50,299 nt of DNA from Candidatus Nomurabacteria bacterium (GTDB lineage: Bacteria; Patescibacteriota; Minisyncoccia; Phycocordibacterales; UBA918), in assembly GCA_020632095.1 (NCBI GenBank), contig JACKGF010000001.1, positions 392,638 to 442,936 of the forward strand, written 5' to 3'. The notes beneath the pieces are model-generated. The model was not told the origin of the DNA and made no database searches. It saw only the letters and a program-made list of their open reading frames with translations. Shown here in pieces: positions 23,670-33,316 of this stretch (positions within the stretch are counted from its first letter, which is position 1; the number at the start of each line of letters is the position of its first letter). A program made the translations under genes and the position numbers.

Positions 23670-26600
23670 CTACTTCAACAACCTAACTAAATGACAGTAA
23701 TCACTCTTGGAATCATCACAAGTTTGATTCAAAAACTGCCCACTAATTATTTCCCTTGTTGCTTCAATAATTGACACCTTGAGTTCAGCGATTTCTTCAT
23801 CAGTCACCACAAAAGACTCTTCCTTTATCACTCCCTTAGCATCTGGCTCAACAAAAGACAAAACCCCCTCCCGACACTGATATCTATCATCATCATACAG
23901 AGAAAGTAAAAGTGCGTAAAAAACCAACTGGCGTTTATAACCACCATCAGAATCCTTAGTGTTTCCTTCAATCACATTCCGACTTTTTGGCTTACCAGTT
24001 TTGTAGTCAACCACTCTAACCGCCTTGCCATTTTCATCTATATCAATCCGATCTAATTTGCCGGTCAGAATTAATTCTGGCAACTCTGGAATACCGGTTG
24101 GTAGATATACCCGCAAAGACAATTCTTCTTTGGTTTCTTTTGTCAGATTTGCCTCCAGATGCGGTAAATAGGCCATTAGCGCCACCAAACCCTTGTCTAA
24201 CAACCGTGAGTACTCCTCAGTACTAACAGGTAGCTTATTTAGCTCTTGCTCAAGCCTCCTTTTAACATCAGAGTCAGACGGCAGTGAGCCAGTCTTGGTA
24301 CGCAACCTACTTGAGTACTCCAACACATTGTGAACCGCCGTACCAAATTGCATCGGTAGTGCTTGAGTCTCAGGAATCCGCAATACATTACGATAAAAAT
24401 AATCCCATGGACTACGCAAATAGTTATTTAATGATGTGGCTGAAAATCCTCTTTCAGCTAACAAATTCTTCACCAAATTTGCATCTAAAGCAATGGCTTT
24501 AGATGCGTGATTAAGACTATCGACCGGATCAAAAATTGCCTCCTCTTTACTCGTATTACAAACTTCAATCAGAGATCTATCCATATCATCCAACAACCGT
24601 GCTTGAATCAATTTTTTATTGTCGGCATTAGTCTCGGAAGAAGAGATGTACAGAAACTTTTTTGCTCGCGTCATCGCCACATACAACAAACGTCTTTCAT
24701 CCTCAATAAATTCTGTTGAAACATTTTCCAAGTGAGCAGCTAAGGGAATATCAAAATACTTTTTCTTAGTCGCTCCACTCCAGCCGTTATCTGTTAGGTG
24801 TGGCACGAAGACTATTTCGAACTCTAAGCCCTTAGACTTATGAGCAGTCATAACCTGAATAGAGTCTGTGTCAGTGGCAATATAGGGCGCATTAAGCGGT
24901 AATCCGTACGAAAGCCTAGTCGCCAACACTTTACTAACTGCCCGTAAACTACCCGCCCCATCACGCAAAACTAACTCTTCTATTTCATCATACAATCGTC
25001 GCACCACTCTAGTCCCCTCAAACGGGTCATAAGCAATAACATGGTCTAGGAAGCCACTTTTTTGTAGCAAAAATTCTAGAACACGGTGCGGAGCTTCATG
25101 TACTTCACGTTTTCTTGCTTCTTCTATCACAGTTGTCACATTGAATAATGTTTCAACGTCAACCACACCTAACTCAGCCAACTTTTCCTGACTAGACAAC
25201 ATACTCCATAGTGACTGACTATAGGACCGAGCCGAAAGCACTTTTAACAAATCATTATTATCAATCCCCCAGTACGCCCCGTGCAAGACAGTAAATAAGG
25301 CTACTTCACTATTGCCTACCACCACATCGATTAAACCTTGAATAGCTTGAGTAATTGGATGTCGCAAAATATCACCGTCGGCCGAAGCGGTGACAGTGAG
25401 ACCAGCCTTACGTAACAAAGTACTCATAACTTCCACTTCACGGTTGGTGCGCACAATTACAGCAATTTCACTTTTAGCTGTACCCTGCGCAACCGCCTTA
25501 TTAATCATACTACTAACCCAATCATCTTCTACTGCTTGATGAGAAAATTCTCTCTGAGACAGCGATGATTCTGCCACTGCTTTAGCCATCAACGGTACCC
25601 TGAGTTCTTTGAGTGGACCATCCTCGACTTCAACCAAACTATGAGCAGCGTCGAGGATGGTCTGTCCCGAACGATAGTTCTCCGTGAGTGAAATAACCTT
25701 GGTTCCAACAAACTGTTCTTTGAAATATAAAAAGTTTTCCAATGAAGCTCCTTGGAAACGATAAATTGCCTGCTTCTCATCACCTACTGCAAAGATATTT
25801 GGTGAATCATGAAAAGAGGCTAGCAGTTCTAAAATCTTATTCTGCGAACCGTTCACATCTTGATGTTCATCAGCTAGGATGTATTGATAATTTTCCTGCA
25901 GATCACGCAACATTTCTTCATCAGTCGACAAAGCTTTAACCGTTTCGACTATCATGTCTTCGAAGTCGTAAAGTTTTTTGTCATTTAGCAGGGCTTCATA
26001 CTGAATATAGACATAGTGTAGTTCACGATTTTTAACTAGACTTTTTTCCAGCTTCGCGTACTCACCACGCACCTTTCCTTTATGAGCGCCTTTAGTATGG
26101 ATTTTTTCAACTCCTTCTAATTCGGTTTCTTGCCGTGCGATAATCTCCACCAATTTCTCTGGCGTTATGTATTCTTGTTTCAATTGACCAATAATCCGCA
26201 GAATGTGCGGCACGTAATAAACAGGGTCACCGATTGGTCGCAAATGTTTTACTTCTCCACCATCCAAAATAGTTTCGAGTATGTGTATTTTATCTAAATC
26301 ACTAGCTGGACGACCGCCAATCACACGGTGATATGAATCGGGATACTTAGAGATTAAATTTTGCGCAAAGCCATGAAAGGTATAGATTGGCACTCGGTAA
26401 GCCTCCGCGCCAATGTACTTACGTAAACGCTCGCGCATCGCCTTGGCTCCAGACTCGGTAAAAGTCAGCGCCAAAATACTATCTGGCGAGGTGTCAGTCT
26501 GGAGTAAAATATTGGCGATACGTAATGTAAGAATTTGAGTTTTACCAGTCCCCGGACCAGCCACCACCATTACCGGCCCTTCAATAGTGTCGACCGCCTG

Positions 26601-26672
26601 CTTCTGGGCGGCGTTCAAAGAAGCATACGCTTCTTTGAACGCCGCCCGATCCCTATTTTTTCCTATTTCCAT
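23670..26672 (-). CDS. UvrD/PcrA-family helicase fused to a C-terminal PD-(D/E)XK (RecB/AddA-like) nuclease domain
   Basis: Walker A AGPGTGKT, DEHQD, and helicase motifs through YVAMTRAK. C-terminal GKLDRIDI...VVDYKTGK nuclease motif and a terminal C-x7-C. Confidence 0.85.
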   Translation of the reverse strand: MEIGKNRDRAAFKEAYASLNAAQKQAVDTIEGPVMVVAGPGTGKTQILTLRIANILLQTDTSPDSILALTFTESGAKAMRERLRKYIGAEAYRVPIYTFHGFAQNLISKYPDSYHRVIGGRPASDLDKIHILETILDGGEVKHLRPIGDPVYYVPHILRIIGQLKQEYITPEKLVEIIARQETELEGVEKIHTKGAHKGKVRGEYAKLEKSLVKNRELHYVYIQYEALLNDKKLYDFEDMIVETVKALSTDEEMLRDLQENYQYILADEHQDVNGSQNKILELLASFHDSPNIFAVGDEKQAIYRFQGASLENFLYFKEQFVGTKVISLTENYRSGQTILDAAHSLVEVEDGPLKELRVPLMAKAVAESSLSQREFSHQAVEDDWVSSMINKAVAQGTAKSEIAVIVRTNREVEVMSTLLRKAGLTVTASADGDILRHPITQAIQGLIDVVVGNSEVALFTVLHGAYWGIDNNDLLKVLSARSYSQSLWSMLSSQEKLAELGVVDVETLFNVTTVIEEARKREVHEAPHRVLEFLLQKSGFLDHVIAYDPFEGTRVVRRLYDEIEELVLRDGAGSLRAVSKVLATRLSYGLPLNAPYIATDTDSIQVMTAHKSKGLEFEIVFVPHLTDNGWSGATKKKYFDIPLAAHLENVSTEFIEDERRLLYVAMTRAKKFLYISSSETNADNKKLIQARLLDDMDRSLIEVCNTSKEEAIFDPVDSLNHASKAIALDANLVKNLLAERGFSATSLNNYLRSPWDYFYRNVLRIPETQALPMQFGTAVHNVLEYSSRLRTKTGSLPSDSDVKRRLEQELNKLPVSTEEYSRLLDKGLVALMAYLPHLEANLTKETKEELSLRVYLPTGIPELPELILTGKLDRIDIDENGKAVRVVDYKTGKPKSRNVIEGNTKDSDGGYKRQLVFYALLLSLYDDDRYQCREGVLSFVEPDAKGVIKEESFVVTDEEIAELKVSIIEATREIISGQFLNQTCDDSKSDYCHLVRLLK

Positions 26673-26800
26673 CCCCCTATTATACTTTCATAAACCATTG
26701 AGTCCAAGTTATCAAGAAACTAAAGAAGAAGCAGAAAATTACCTCCTTTTAACATGACACAAAGAAACTAAACCTGAAGTGTAAGTATCAAAATATTAAA

Positions 26801-26848
26801 TAAAAAGAAAGCCCCACAAGTAAGTCGTAGTGACTTTCTTGTGAGGCT
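26801..26848 (-). terminator. Rho-independent terminator of the 26854 gene
   Basis: AGCCCCACAAG...CTTGTGAGGCT stem (one mismatch) with a U-run on the minus strand (plus-strand TAAAAAGAAA). Confidence 0.55.
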
Positions 26849-26853
26849 TGTGT

Positions 26854-27366
26854 CTACTGCTTGTACTCGGTCGACTTGCAACGTGACGACGCCGAACCTG
26901 ACACCGCCTTGATTTCGAAAGCTTTTCTGAAGGATTGCATATATTCCTCTAGATAAGTCATCCTATCCTCAATCGGCTTAAGGGCCTGCCGAAAAGCATC
27001 GAGACTGACACCTTCCAGACCTCTCTTGTCGTTCAATACATCCTGAACCGGAACGACCAGGCGGTCGATTTCAGTTGAATCCATTCCCGTCTCTTTGAGC
27101 TGGTAACGGATGATGTCGAGTTTGACACTCATCATGAGAGGATCTTCCGGACATATCCTTTTCCTCGGAACGCCGCCGAACTCCATAATTGACATCTCCC
27201 TCCACGAGGTCGACGATCCTGACGCCGATGCAGCAGATGATGGAACGGGGCCGGATTGCGATGTTATCATCACATCTGAAGATAACATTACCCCAGAATT
27301 ATCGTGAGCATTTGCCGCTCCGAAAAAAAGTCCAAATAACAGTGCAACCAGAATATTCTTAAACAT
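26854..27366 (-). CDS. Orphan secreted protein (G+C-rich gene)
   Basis: Signal peptide MFKNILVALLFGLFFGAANA from the ATG at 27366, which is preceded by AAAGGA. The longer track start lacks support. Ser-rich linker. No recognisable domain. Confidence 0.6.
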   Translation of the reverse strand: MFKNILVALLFGLFFGAANAHDNSGVMLSSDVMITSQSGPVPSSAASASGSSTSWREMSIMEFGGVPRKRICPEDPLMMSVKLDIIRYQLKETGMDSTEIDRLVVPVQDVLNDKRGLEGVSLDAFRQALKPIEDRMTYLEEYMQSFRKAFEIKAVSGSASSRCKSTEYKQ

Positions 27367-27426
27367 GGTCGTTCCTTTGCAAAAAATGCAATTGAGAAAA
27401 AGCAACAGAATTACTACCTATCTATG

Positions 27427-27454
27427 ATAATAGCACAAAATAGAGAAAAGTCAA
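27427..27454 (-). promoter_or_regulatory. Promoter TTGACT-16-TATTAT (minus strand)
   Basis: Reverse complement of 27449-27454 and 27427-27432. It drives the secreted orphan gene. Confidence 0.5.
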
Positions 27455-27552
27455 CTAAAGATGCGGCCTTGGTGCTTCCGTTCTAACCTGAATCGCAACA
27501 ATTACACCTTCTGCAATTTTCAGATTCGCCTATTGCAATATACACACACTCT

Positions 27553-27580
27553 GATAGAGTTCGTATATGCGAACTCTATC
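27553..27580. promoter_or_regulatory. Candidate DtxR/MntR operator: 11-bp perfect inverted repeat with a 6-nt spacer
   Basis: GATAGAGTTCG-tatatg-CGAACTCTATC overlaps the -10 of a TTGCAA(27533)-16-TAGAGT(27555) promoter and ends 13 nt before the regulator's likely GTG start. Confidence 0.55.
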
Positions 27581-27592
27581 AAAAAAACTTCT

Positions 27593-28006
27593 GTGCTGAC
27601 CGCCACTAAAGAAGATTACATCAGAGCGATTTATTTGCTTCAGAATAATTCTAGTAAAGGCGCCGGGGTGACCAACATTGCTAAGCGATTAGGACTCAGT
27701 AAGTCCACGGTCTCCGAACGAATGAAGGAACTGTCGCATGATGGCTTAGTTAGCAACGCTCCTTATACCGGAATAACATTGACTACTAAAGGTAGAAACG
27801 AGGCCGAAAAGTTAACCTACAAACATCGAGTCATCGAAGTATTTTTGAATCAGGTTTTACAGATGCATATTAGCCAAGTCCACGCTGAAGCTGAGCAGTT
27901 GGAACATGCTTGCAGTGACAAAGTCATTAAGTGCTTAGCCAACTTTTTACACAATCCAAAGACAGACCCGCACGGAACAGAAATAATCAAACCTAAAAAT
28001 TGGTAG
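27593..28006 (+). CDS. DtxR/MntR-family metal-dependent transcriptional repressor
   Basis: VLTATKEDYIRAIYLL..., a wHTH (ITNIAKRLGLSKSTVSERMKEL) and a dimerisation helix HRVIEVFL. The GTG at 27593 fits family N-termini. The track start at 27461 would run through the promoter and operator. Confidence 0.8.
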   Translation: MLTATKEDYIRAIYLLQNNSSKGAGVTNIAKRLGLSKSTVSERMKELSHDGLVSNAPYTGITLTTKGRNEAEKLTYKHRVIEVFLNQVLQMHISQVHAEAEQLEHACSDKVIKCLANFLHNPKTDPHGTEIIKPKNW

Positions 28007-28029
28007 TCGAATTAAACTTAATAAATAAT

Positions 28030-28950
28030 ATGAAAAAAACATTACTTATTATCGGAGCAATTGTAATAGTGTTAGTCATCGCTTCAGGATTTAATGAAAA
28101 AACAAATAACCAACCAGATGTCGACAACGACAAAATAGTTGCCCTAAGCACCTTTACTATTATTGCCGATATGGTCGCCAATGTTGGTGGTGACAAAGTA
28201 GAATCTATCTCACTAACCAAGCCGGGGGCTGAAATTCATGGTTACCAGCCAACTCCAGAAGACATCGTTCAGGCCTCGAGAGCAAATCTGATGTTCGAAA
28301 ACGGTATGAACCTAGAACTTTGGACTGAAAAACTCAGGGCTGGTATACCCAACATTCCTTCTTACACAGTCAGTCAAGGTGTCCAGGTAATCGACATATC
28401 TGAAGATGCTTACGCCGGCAAACCCAACCCTCACGCTTGGATGTCTCCGAAGCAGGGTCTAGTTTACGTGGAAAATATTCGAGCAGCTTTAACCGAAGTA
28501 GCTCCGGAACACGCCGATTATTTTGCCACTAACGCTGAGAAGTATTCAGCTGAAATAAAAGCAGTGGACACCAGCTTAAGCACCGCCTTATCACCCCTGC
28601 CAGACAATAACCGAGTGCTCGTCACTTGCGAAGGAGCTTTCTCCTATCTAACCAACGACTACAATCTCGAGGAAGTTTACCTGTGGGCAATTAATTCTGA
28701 ATCACAAGGTTCACCTCAGCAAGTTGCCAAGGTAATCAATATTGTCAAAGAAAAGAATATTCCGGCTGTGTTCTGCGAAAGTACGGTTGAACCGAGAGTC
28801 CAAAGAGAAGTTGTTAAAGCCACTGGCGCCAAACTGGGCGGAGTATTATATGTAGATTCCTTATCAACCAAAGAAGGTCCAGCTTCCACTTACCTGAAAC
28901 TCCTGCAACACACCGCCGAAACTATTAATTCTGGATTAACTGGTGAATAA
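28030..28950 (+). CDS. Metal ABC transporter substrate-binding protein (TroA/ZnuA/MntC cluster)
   Basis: N-terminal TM anchor, the NPHAWMSP motif, and family length. Confidence 0.85.
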   Translation: MKKTLLIIGAIVIVLVIASGFNEKTNNQPDVDNDKIVALSTFTIIADMVANVGGDKVESISLTKPGAEIHGYQPTPEDIVQASRANLMFENGMNLELWTEKLRAGIPNIPSYTVSQGVQVIDISEDAYAGKPNPHAWMSPKQGLVYVENIRAALTEVAPEHADYFATNAEKYSAEIKAVDTSLSTALSPLPDNNRVLVTCEGAFSYLTNDYNLEEVYLWAINSESQGSPQQVAKVINIVKEKNIPAVFCESTVEPRVQREVVKATGAKLGGVLYVDSLSTKEGPASTYLKLLQHTAETINSGLTGE

Positions 28951-28954
28951 TATT

Positions 28955-29695
28955 ATGGAAAACGTAGCTATTGAATTAAAAAATGTCAGCGTAAATTACA
29001 GTACTCAGAAAGCACTGACTGACACAACTATTAAAATCCCCTACCACACCTTCACTGGCGTAATCGGCATGAACGGAGCTGGTAAATCAACTCTATTTAA
29101 GGTCATTATGGGCCTAGTTAAACCCCAAATTGGTTCCGTCACTGTCTGTGGTGATGACACAAAAACCGCTCAAAAACACGGCCATGTGGCCTACGTACCC
29201 CAAGCAGAACTAGTTGACTGGGACTTCCCTATTTCCGTACACGAAGTAGTAATGATGGGAAGAATTGGTGCGCAAAACATTTTTAAAACCCCTCACCAAG
29301 CAGATTTGGACAGAGCGACTGAAGCTCTACTACAAGTTGGAATGCTGGACTTCAAAGACAGACAAATCGGAGAACTGTCTGGCGGACAAAAGAAACGAGT
29401 TTTTGTCGCCCGCGCGCTAGCTCAAGGAGCCGACATTTTTTTACTCGACGAACCATTTGCCGGACTAGACGCCACTAGCGAAAAATCACTAGTTGAACTT
29501 CTTATATCTCTAAAAGACAAAGGAAAGACTATTATCTTAGCGACACACGACCTAATGTCACTACCCGACACCTGCGATCACGTAGCCCTGATCAAATACA
29601 CCGTCATCGCTCACGGACCAACTAAAGAAGTTTTCACACAGGAGCTAGTTTCTAAAACTTTTGATGGCGTGCTACATAATATTAAATTCGACTAA
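28955..29695 (+). CDS. Metal ABC transporter ATP-binding protein
   Basis: Walker A GMNGAGKST, LSGGQKKR, Walker B FLLDEPF. Confidence 0.9.
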   Translation: MENVAIELKNVSVNYSTQKALTDTTIKIPYHTFTGVIGMNGAGKSTLFKVIMGLVKPQIGSVTVCGDDTKTAQKHGHVAYVPQAELVDWDFPISVHEVVMMGRIGAQNIFKTPHQADLDRATEALLQVGMLDFKDRQIGELSGGQKKRVFVARALAQGADIFLLDEPFAGLDATSEKSLVELLISLKDKGKTIILATHDLMSLPDTCDHVALIKYTVIAHGPTKEVFTQELVSKTFDGVLHNIKFD

Positions 29696-29696
29696 T

Positions 29697-30551
29697 ATGG
29701 AAATTCTGACACAAATATTCCAAACTAATTATTTGGCACTAATCATTGAACCACTACAATATGCCTTTATGTTTAAGGCAATGGCTGTTTCTGTAGTTGT
29801 CGGTATTGCTTGTGCAATCTTATCTTGCTTCTTGGTTCTTAAGGGCTGGTCTTTACTCGGTGACGCTATTTCACACGCCGTTCTACCCGGTGTAGTTATT
29901 GCCTACATAATAGGTATCCCTTTTGGTCTAGGCGCTTTTGTCTTTGCGATGTTAGCCGTGGTGTTAATTGGCTTCATTAAAACTAATTCAAAAATAAAGG
30001 AAGATGCTGTAATGGGAATTGTATTTACTACTTTTTTCGCTCTCGGCTTAATGCTGATTTCTAAAATTGTCAGTTCCGTCGACCTGACGCACGTACTATT
30101 TGGTGAAGTACTAGGTATCTCAAACGAATCAGCTTGGTACACCATCAGCATACTGGCGGTCACATCTGCAATTATTATTATCTTTCGACGTGTCTTTATG
30201 GTTTTCTGTTTTGACCCAACTCATGCACAGTCAGTCGGAATGCCCATCAAGTTAATTCATTACTCTTTTCTGGTGTTACTAGCCATCACCATCACAGGCT
30301 CCATCCAAACCGTCGGAATAATACTGGTGATTGCTATGCTAATCACGCCAGGCTCAACCGCTTTCCTGCTAACCAAAAACTTTTCTACTATGATTTGGAT
30401 CGCTGTCAGCATTAGTGTGGTGAGTTCAATAATTGGAGCATACGCTAGTTACTACCTAGATATTGCAACCGGCGGAACAATTGTGTTTGTGCAAGGCTGT
30501 GTATTTCTTACTGTTTTTACCTACCAAACCCTGAAGCAGAGACAGCTGTAA
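29697..30551 (+). CDS. Metal ABC transporter permease (TroC/ZnuB/MntB-like)
   Basis: ABC-3 family profile (LLGDAISHAVLPGV). The ATG at 29697 lies 1 nt after the ATPase stop. Confidence 0.85.
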   Translation: MEILTQIFQTNYLALIIEPLQYAFMFKAMAVSVVVGIACAILSCFLVLKGWSLLGDAISHAVLPGVVIAYIIGIPFGLGAFVFAMLAVVLIGFIKTNSKIKEDAVMGIVFTTFFALGLMLISKIVSSVDLTHVLFGEVLGISNESAWYTISILAVTSAIIIIFRRVFMVFCFDPTHAQSVGMPIKLIHYSFLVLLAITITGSIQTVGIILVIAMLITPGSTAFLLTKNFSTMIWIAVSISVVSSIIGAYASYYLDIATGGTIVFVQGCVFLTVFTYQTLKQRQL

Positions 30552-30726
30552 AATCCGGAGCGAAAACCCAGCGCAACTTAGAAAACATATTGCAAGTAAA
30601 CATAAAAAGAAGCCCCCTCACACCCATTTGACTTGCAGTACATGACTGATATATTAGAAACAGTAGTGTTATTTAGCTTACTTAGCTAATTTAGTTACAT
30701 CAATATCAAATATTTGGGAGATTTTC

Positions 30727-31053
30727 ATGACTGTATTTGTTATTATCGCAATCCTAGTACTTCTATTCACCTGGTTATCTTACGGAAATATTAAACACAA
30801 AAAGAATCGCCAGCTACTTTTCCTATACCATAACCTAAAAAGCCAAGCCAAAAAACTTGCTACCCTATCAGCCAATCAAGAATCATTGGTCGAGTACCAT
30901 GAATTAGCTCATAAATACAACAAACAAATACGTAGTCTGGGTTACATATTTTGCAAAAAAAGAACCTTACCTCGAGGAGCCGAAGTAACCCTTCCGATAT
31001 CCTTCGACACCTGCAACGTCGAAGGACAAAAAAGCCAAAACGAGAACATTTAA
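30727..31053 (+). CDS. Hypothetical membrane-anchored protein
   Basis: SD GGGAG, one N-terminal TM segment, its own promoter (TTGACT...TATATT near 30627) and its own terminator. Confidence 0.45.
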   Translation: MTVFVIIAILVLLFTWLSYGNIKHKKNRQLLFLYHNLKSQAKKLATLSANQESLVEYHELAHKYNKQIRSLGYIFCKKRTLPRGAEVTLPISFDTCNVEGQKSQNENI

Positions 31054-31059
31054 CCCCTA

Positions 31060-31095
31060 CACGACCTGAAGCATTCAGGTCGTGATTTTTATTTT
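31060..31095 (+). terminator. Rho-independent terminator
   Basis: CACGACCTGAA-gca-TTCAGGTCGTG followed by ATTTTTATTTT. Confidence 0.8.
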
Positions 31096-31199
31096 ACATA
31101 TCCCCTTTCATCACACCCAAAAATATTGCCAAACTACCATTTTCGGCGTATAGTATCGACTTGCCCGCTTACGAGCAAACTCTTATTTAATCAAAATAT

Positions 31200-33272
31200 A
31201 TGTTAACTATAGGTACAACTCTCGCGATTTTTCTTATCCTAGGTATATCCAGTCTTGCTCTCTTTTGGGCCAAAAAAATCGGACTCCCCCACACAGTGTT
31301 GTTAGTTTTGATTGGTATTGGACTTGGTCTCTTAACTCACTTTGAAATATTTTCTTTTTTCTCAGAATTTCACCTGACCCCAGAACTATTGTTCTACCTA
31401 CTACTTCCAACCCTAATCTTTGAATCAGCCTATCATATGAACGTCCGCAAGCTAGTCAGTGATAGCGGGATTGTATTAATTCTATCCATTGGTAGTTTCC
31501 TACTATCAGCCGGCATTATTGCCGTAGCTCTACACTTTATGCTTGGTTTAATTGGTATAGTAATTCCACTTAGCATTACTCTCTTATTTGGTGCTCTTAT
31601 CTCTGCCACTGACCCAGTGGCCGTACTGGCTTTATTCAAAGAATACGGAGTCCCTAGTCGATTATCTTTAATTTTTGAAGGGGAAAGTTTATTTAATGAC
31701 GCGACTGCAGTTGCGTTATTTTTAATCATTCTTGAAGCTATCAATAGTGGCGGGGTTTCTGTTGTAACGTCACTTGAGGGAGCATTAACCTTTGCTTCTA
31801 TGCTAATCGGCGGGGTAGTTTTTGGACTGATAGTTGGAGGTTTTTTTGCTATGTTGGTTGGAATAGTACGTGAAAACGAAATCGCTAGCATTACCCTCAC
31901 CATAGTTTTGGCACATATTACTTTTATCATGGCCGAGCTTATTTCTGAAACTGGTGTTATCTTCGTTTCATCTATCATCAGTACCACTGTCGCTTCACTA
32001 TTGATGGGAAATTATGGACGAGCCAAAATTCATCCCAAAGCTGAAGAATTCGTCAGTAAGCTTTGGGAGCAATTAGCTTTCATGGCTAACTCGATTATAT
32101 TTATTCTCATCGGAATCCTGATGGTTCAGGCTCCAATTCTTGAACCATTGATGTTAACTTCCACCCTTATAGCAGTAGCTGTCGTTGCGAGTGCCCGAGC
32201 TATATCAATTTATCCACCAGTATTTCTATACAATATATTTCAAAAAGGAGCTGACAAAATCCCTAGCGCATGGCAACACCTTCTTGCTTGGGGATCGCTT
32301 CGTGGAGCGTTGGCAGTCACTATGGTGCTCCTTATTCCGGAAGAACTCAGTGTTCCTGGTTGGACCCTAGACATCTCTCCAAGAAACTTTTTACTTGCTC
32401 TGACAGTCGGGTGTATTGCCACAACTTTGTTTGTAAAGGCTACCACTATCCGCAATATGATTAGGCATTTTAAATTAGATAGTTTAACTGAAATTGAGGA
32501 AGTTGAATACCAAGAAGCTCAAGCCCTCATGCATCATAAAGTTACCAGCCAACTAGCCGTCTACCTTGAACGTGGCTACATTGACGCTGATATAGCTGAT
32601 GAACTACTAAAGGAACATGCCGCAGCCTTCAAAAAAGCTTCAAAAAATGTTGCTCTATTGTCTGACGAACGCCGCAATGACTTAGCTTTCCGCGTCCTAC
32701 GAATTTTTGCTATTGGAATTGAAAAAAGGTACCTAAAAGCACTTTATCATCATAACGAAGTCACCGAGACGGTTTACCGAAGAATTTGGGGCAAACTGCA
32801 ACTTCAGCTTGAAGCGGTTGAAGAAGGCAATCTAACGCCAGACGTTTCTATACACGCTGATGCCCGTGACGTATTTGAACATCTAGCTAGTTGGATAAAG
32901 AGAATAACTGGCAAAAAGGAAATTAATACAACTTTCAAAAATAAGTATATGTACTACCGAGCGCAGACTATTATCTCTCGTAAGGTACTCAAGGAAATTA
33001 CTCTACTTAAACTTGTATCATCTTCTATCTTCACTTCAGCCGCCGTAGTTCATGTGACAGATTTATACACGACTTTTAAACAAAACTCTGAACAAAAATT
33101 AATTGATCTTGCTAGCGATAACCAAGATGAAGCCAGAGTACTCGCCGAAAACCTAGCCGAACACAGCGTACACACAATCGAGGAAAATGTTCTTAATGAC
33201 ATATTCAAACAAGAACTAGTTACTCAGAAGCTATATATTGCTTTAAACGAAGAGATCTCAAAAACTACTTAA
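31200..33272 (+). CDS. CPA1-family Na+/H+ antiporter (NhaP type) with a long cytoplasmic C-terminal domain
   Basis: ISATDPVAVLALFKE motif. About 12 TM segments followed by a soluble tail of about 270 aa. Promoter TTGCCA-17-TATAGT upstream. Confidence 0.85.
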   Translation: MLTIGTTLAIFLILGISSLALFWAKKIGLPHTVLLVLIGIGLGLLTHFEIFSFFSEFHLTPELLFYLLLPTLIFESAYHMNVRKLVSDSGIVLILSIGSFLLSAGIIAVALHFMLGLIGIVIPLSITLLFGALISATDPVAVLALFKEYGVPSRLSLIFEGESLFNDATAVALFLIILEAINSGGVSVVTSLEGALTFASMLIGGVVFGLIVGGFFAMLVGIVRENEIASITLTIVLAHITFIMAELISETGVIFVSSIISTTVASLLMGNYGRAKIHPKAEEFVSKLWEQLAFMANSIIFILIGILMVQAPILEPLMLTSTLIAVAVVASARAISIYPPVFLYNIFQKGADKIPSAWQHLLAWGSLRGALAVTMVLLIPEELSVPGWTLDISPRNFLLALTVGCIATTLFVKATTIRNMIRHFKLDSLTEIEEVEYQEAQALMHHKVTSQLAVYLERGYIDADIADELLKEHAAAFKKASKNVALLSDERRNDLAFRVLRIFAIGIEKRYLKALYHHNEVTETVYRRIWGKLQLQLEAVEEGNLTPDVSIHADARDVFEHLASWIKRITGKKEINTTFKNKYMYYRAQTIISRKVLKEITLLKLVSSSIFTSAAVVHVTDLYTTFKQNSEQKLIDLASDNQDEARVLAENLAEHSVHTIEENVLNDIFKQELVTQKLYIALNEEISKTT

Positions 33273-33316
33273 GTGCCTATACAACTTTTCTCAGAAAGGT
33301 GTATGATTGGGTGTAT

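Noticed and set aside
27461-27592. N-terminal 44-codon extension of the DtxR/MntR ORF
   Set aside because: The extension would contain the predicted promoter and the palindromic operator. Family N-termini align with VLTATKEDYIRAIY starting at the GTG at 27593.
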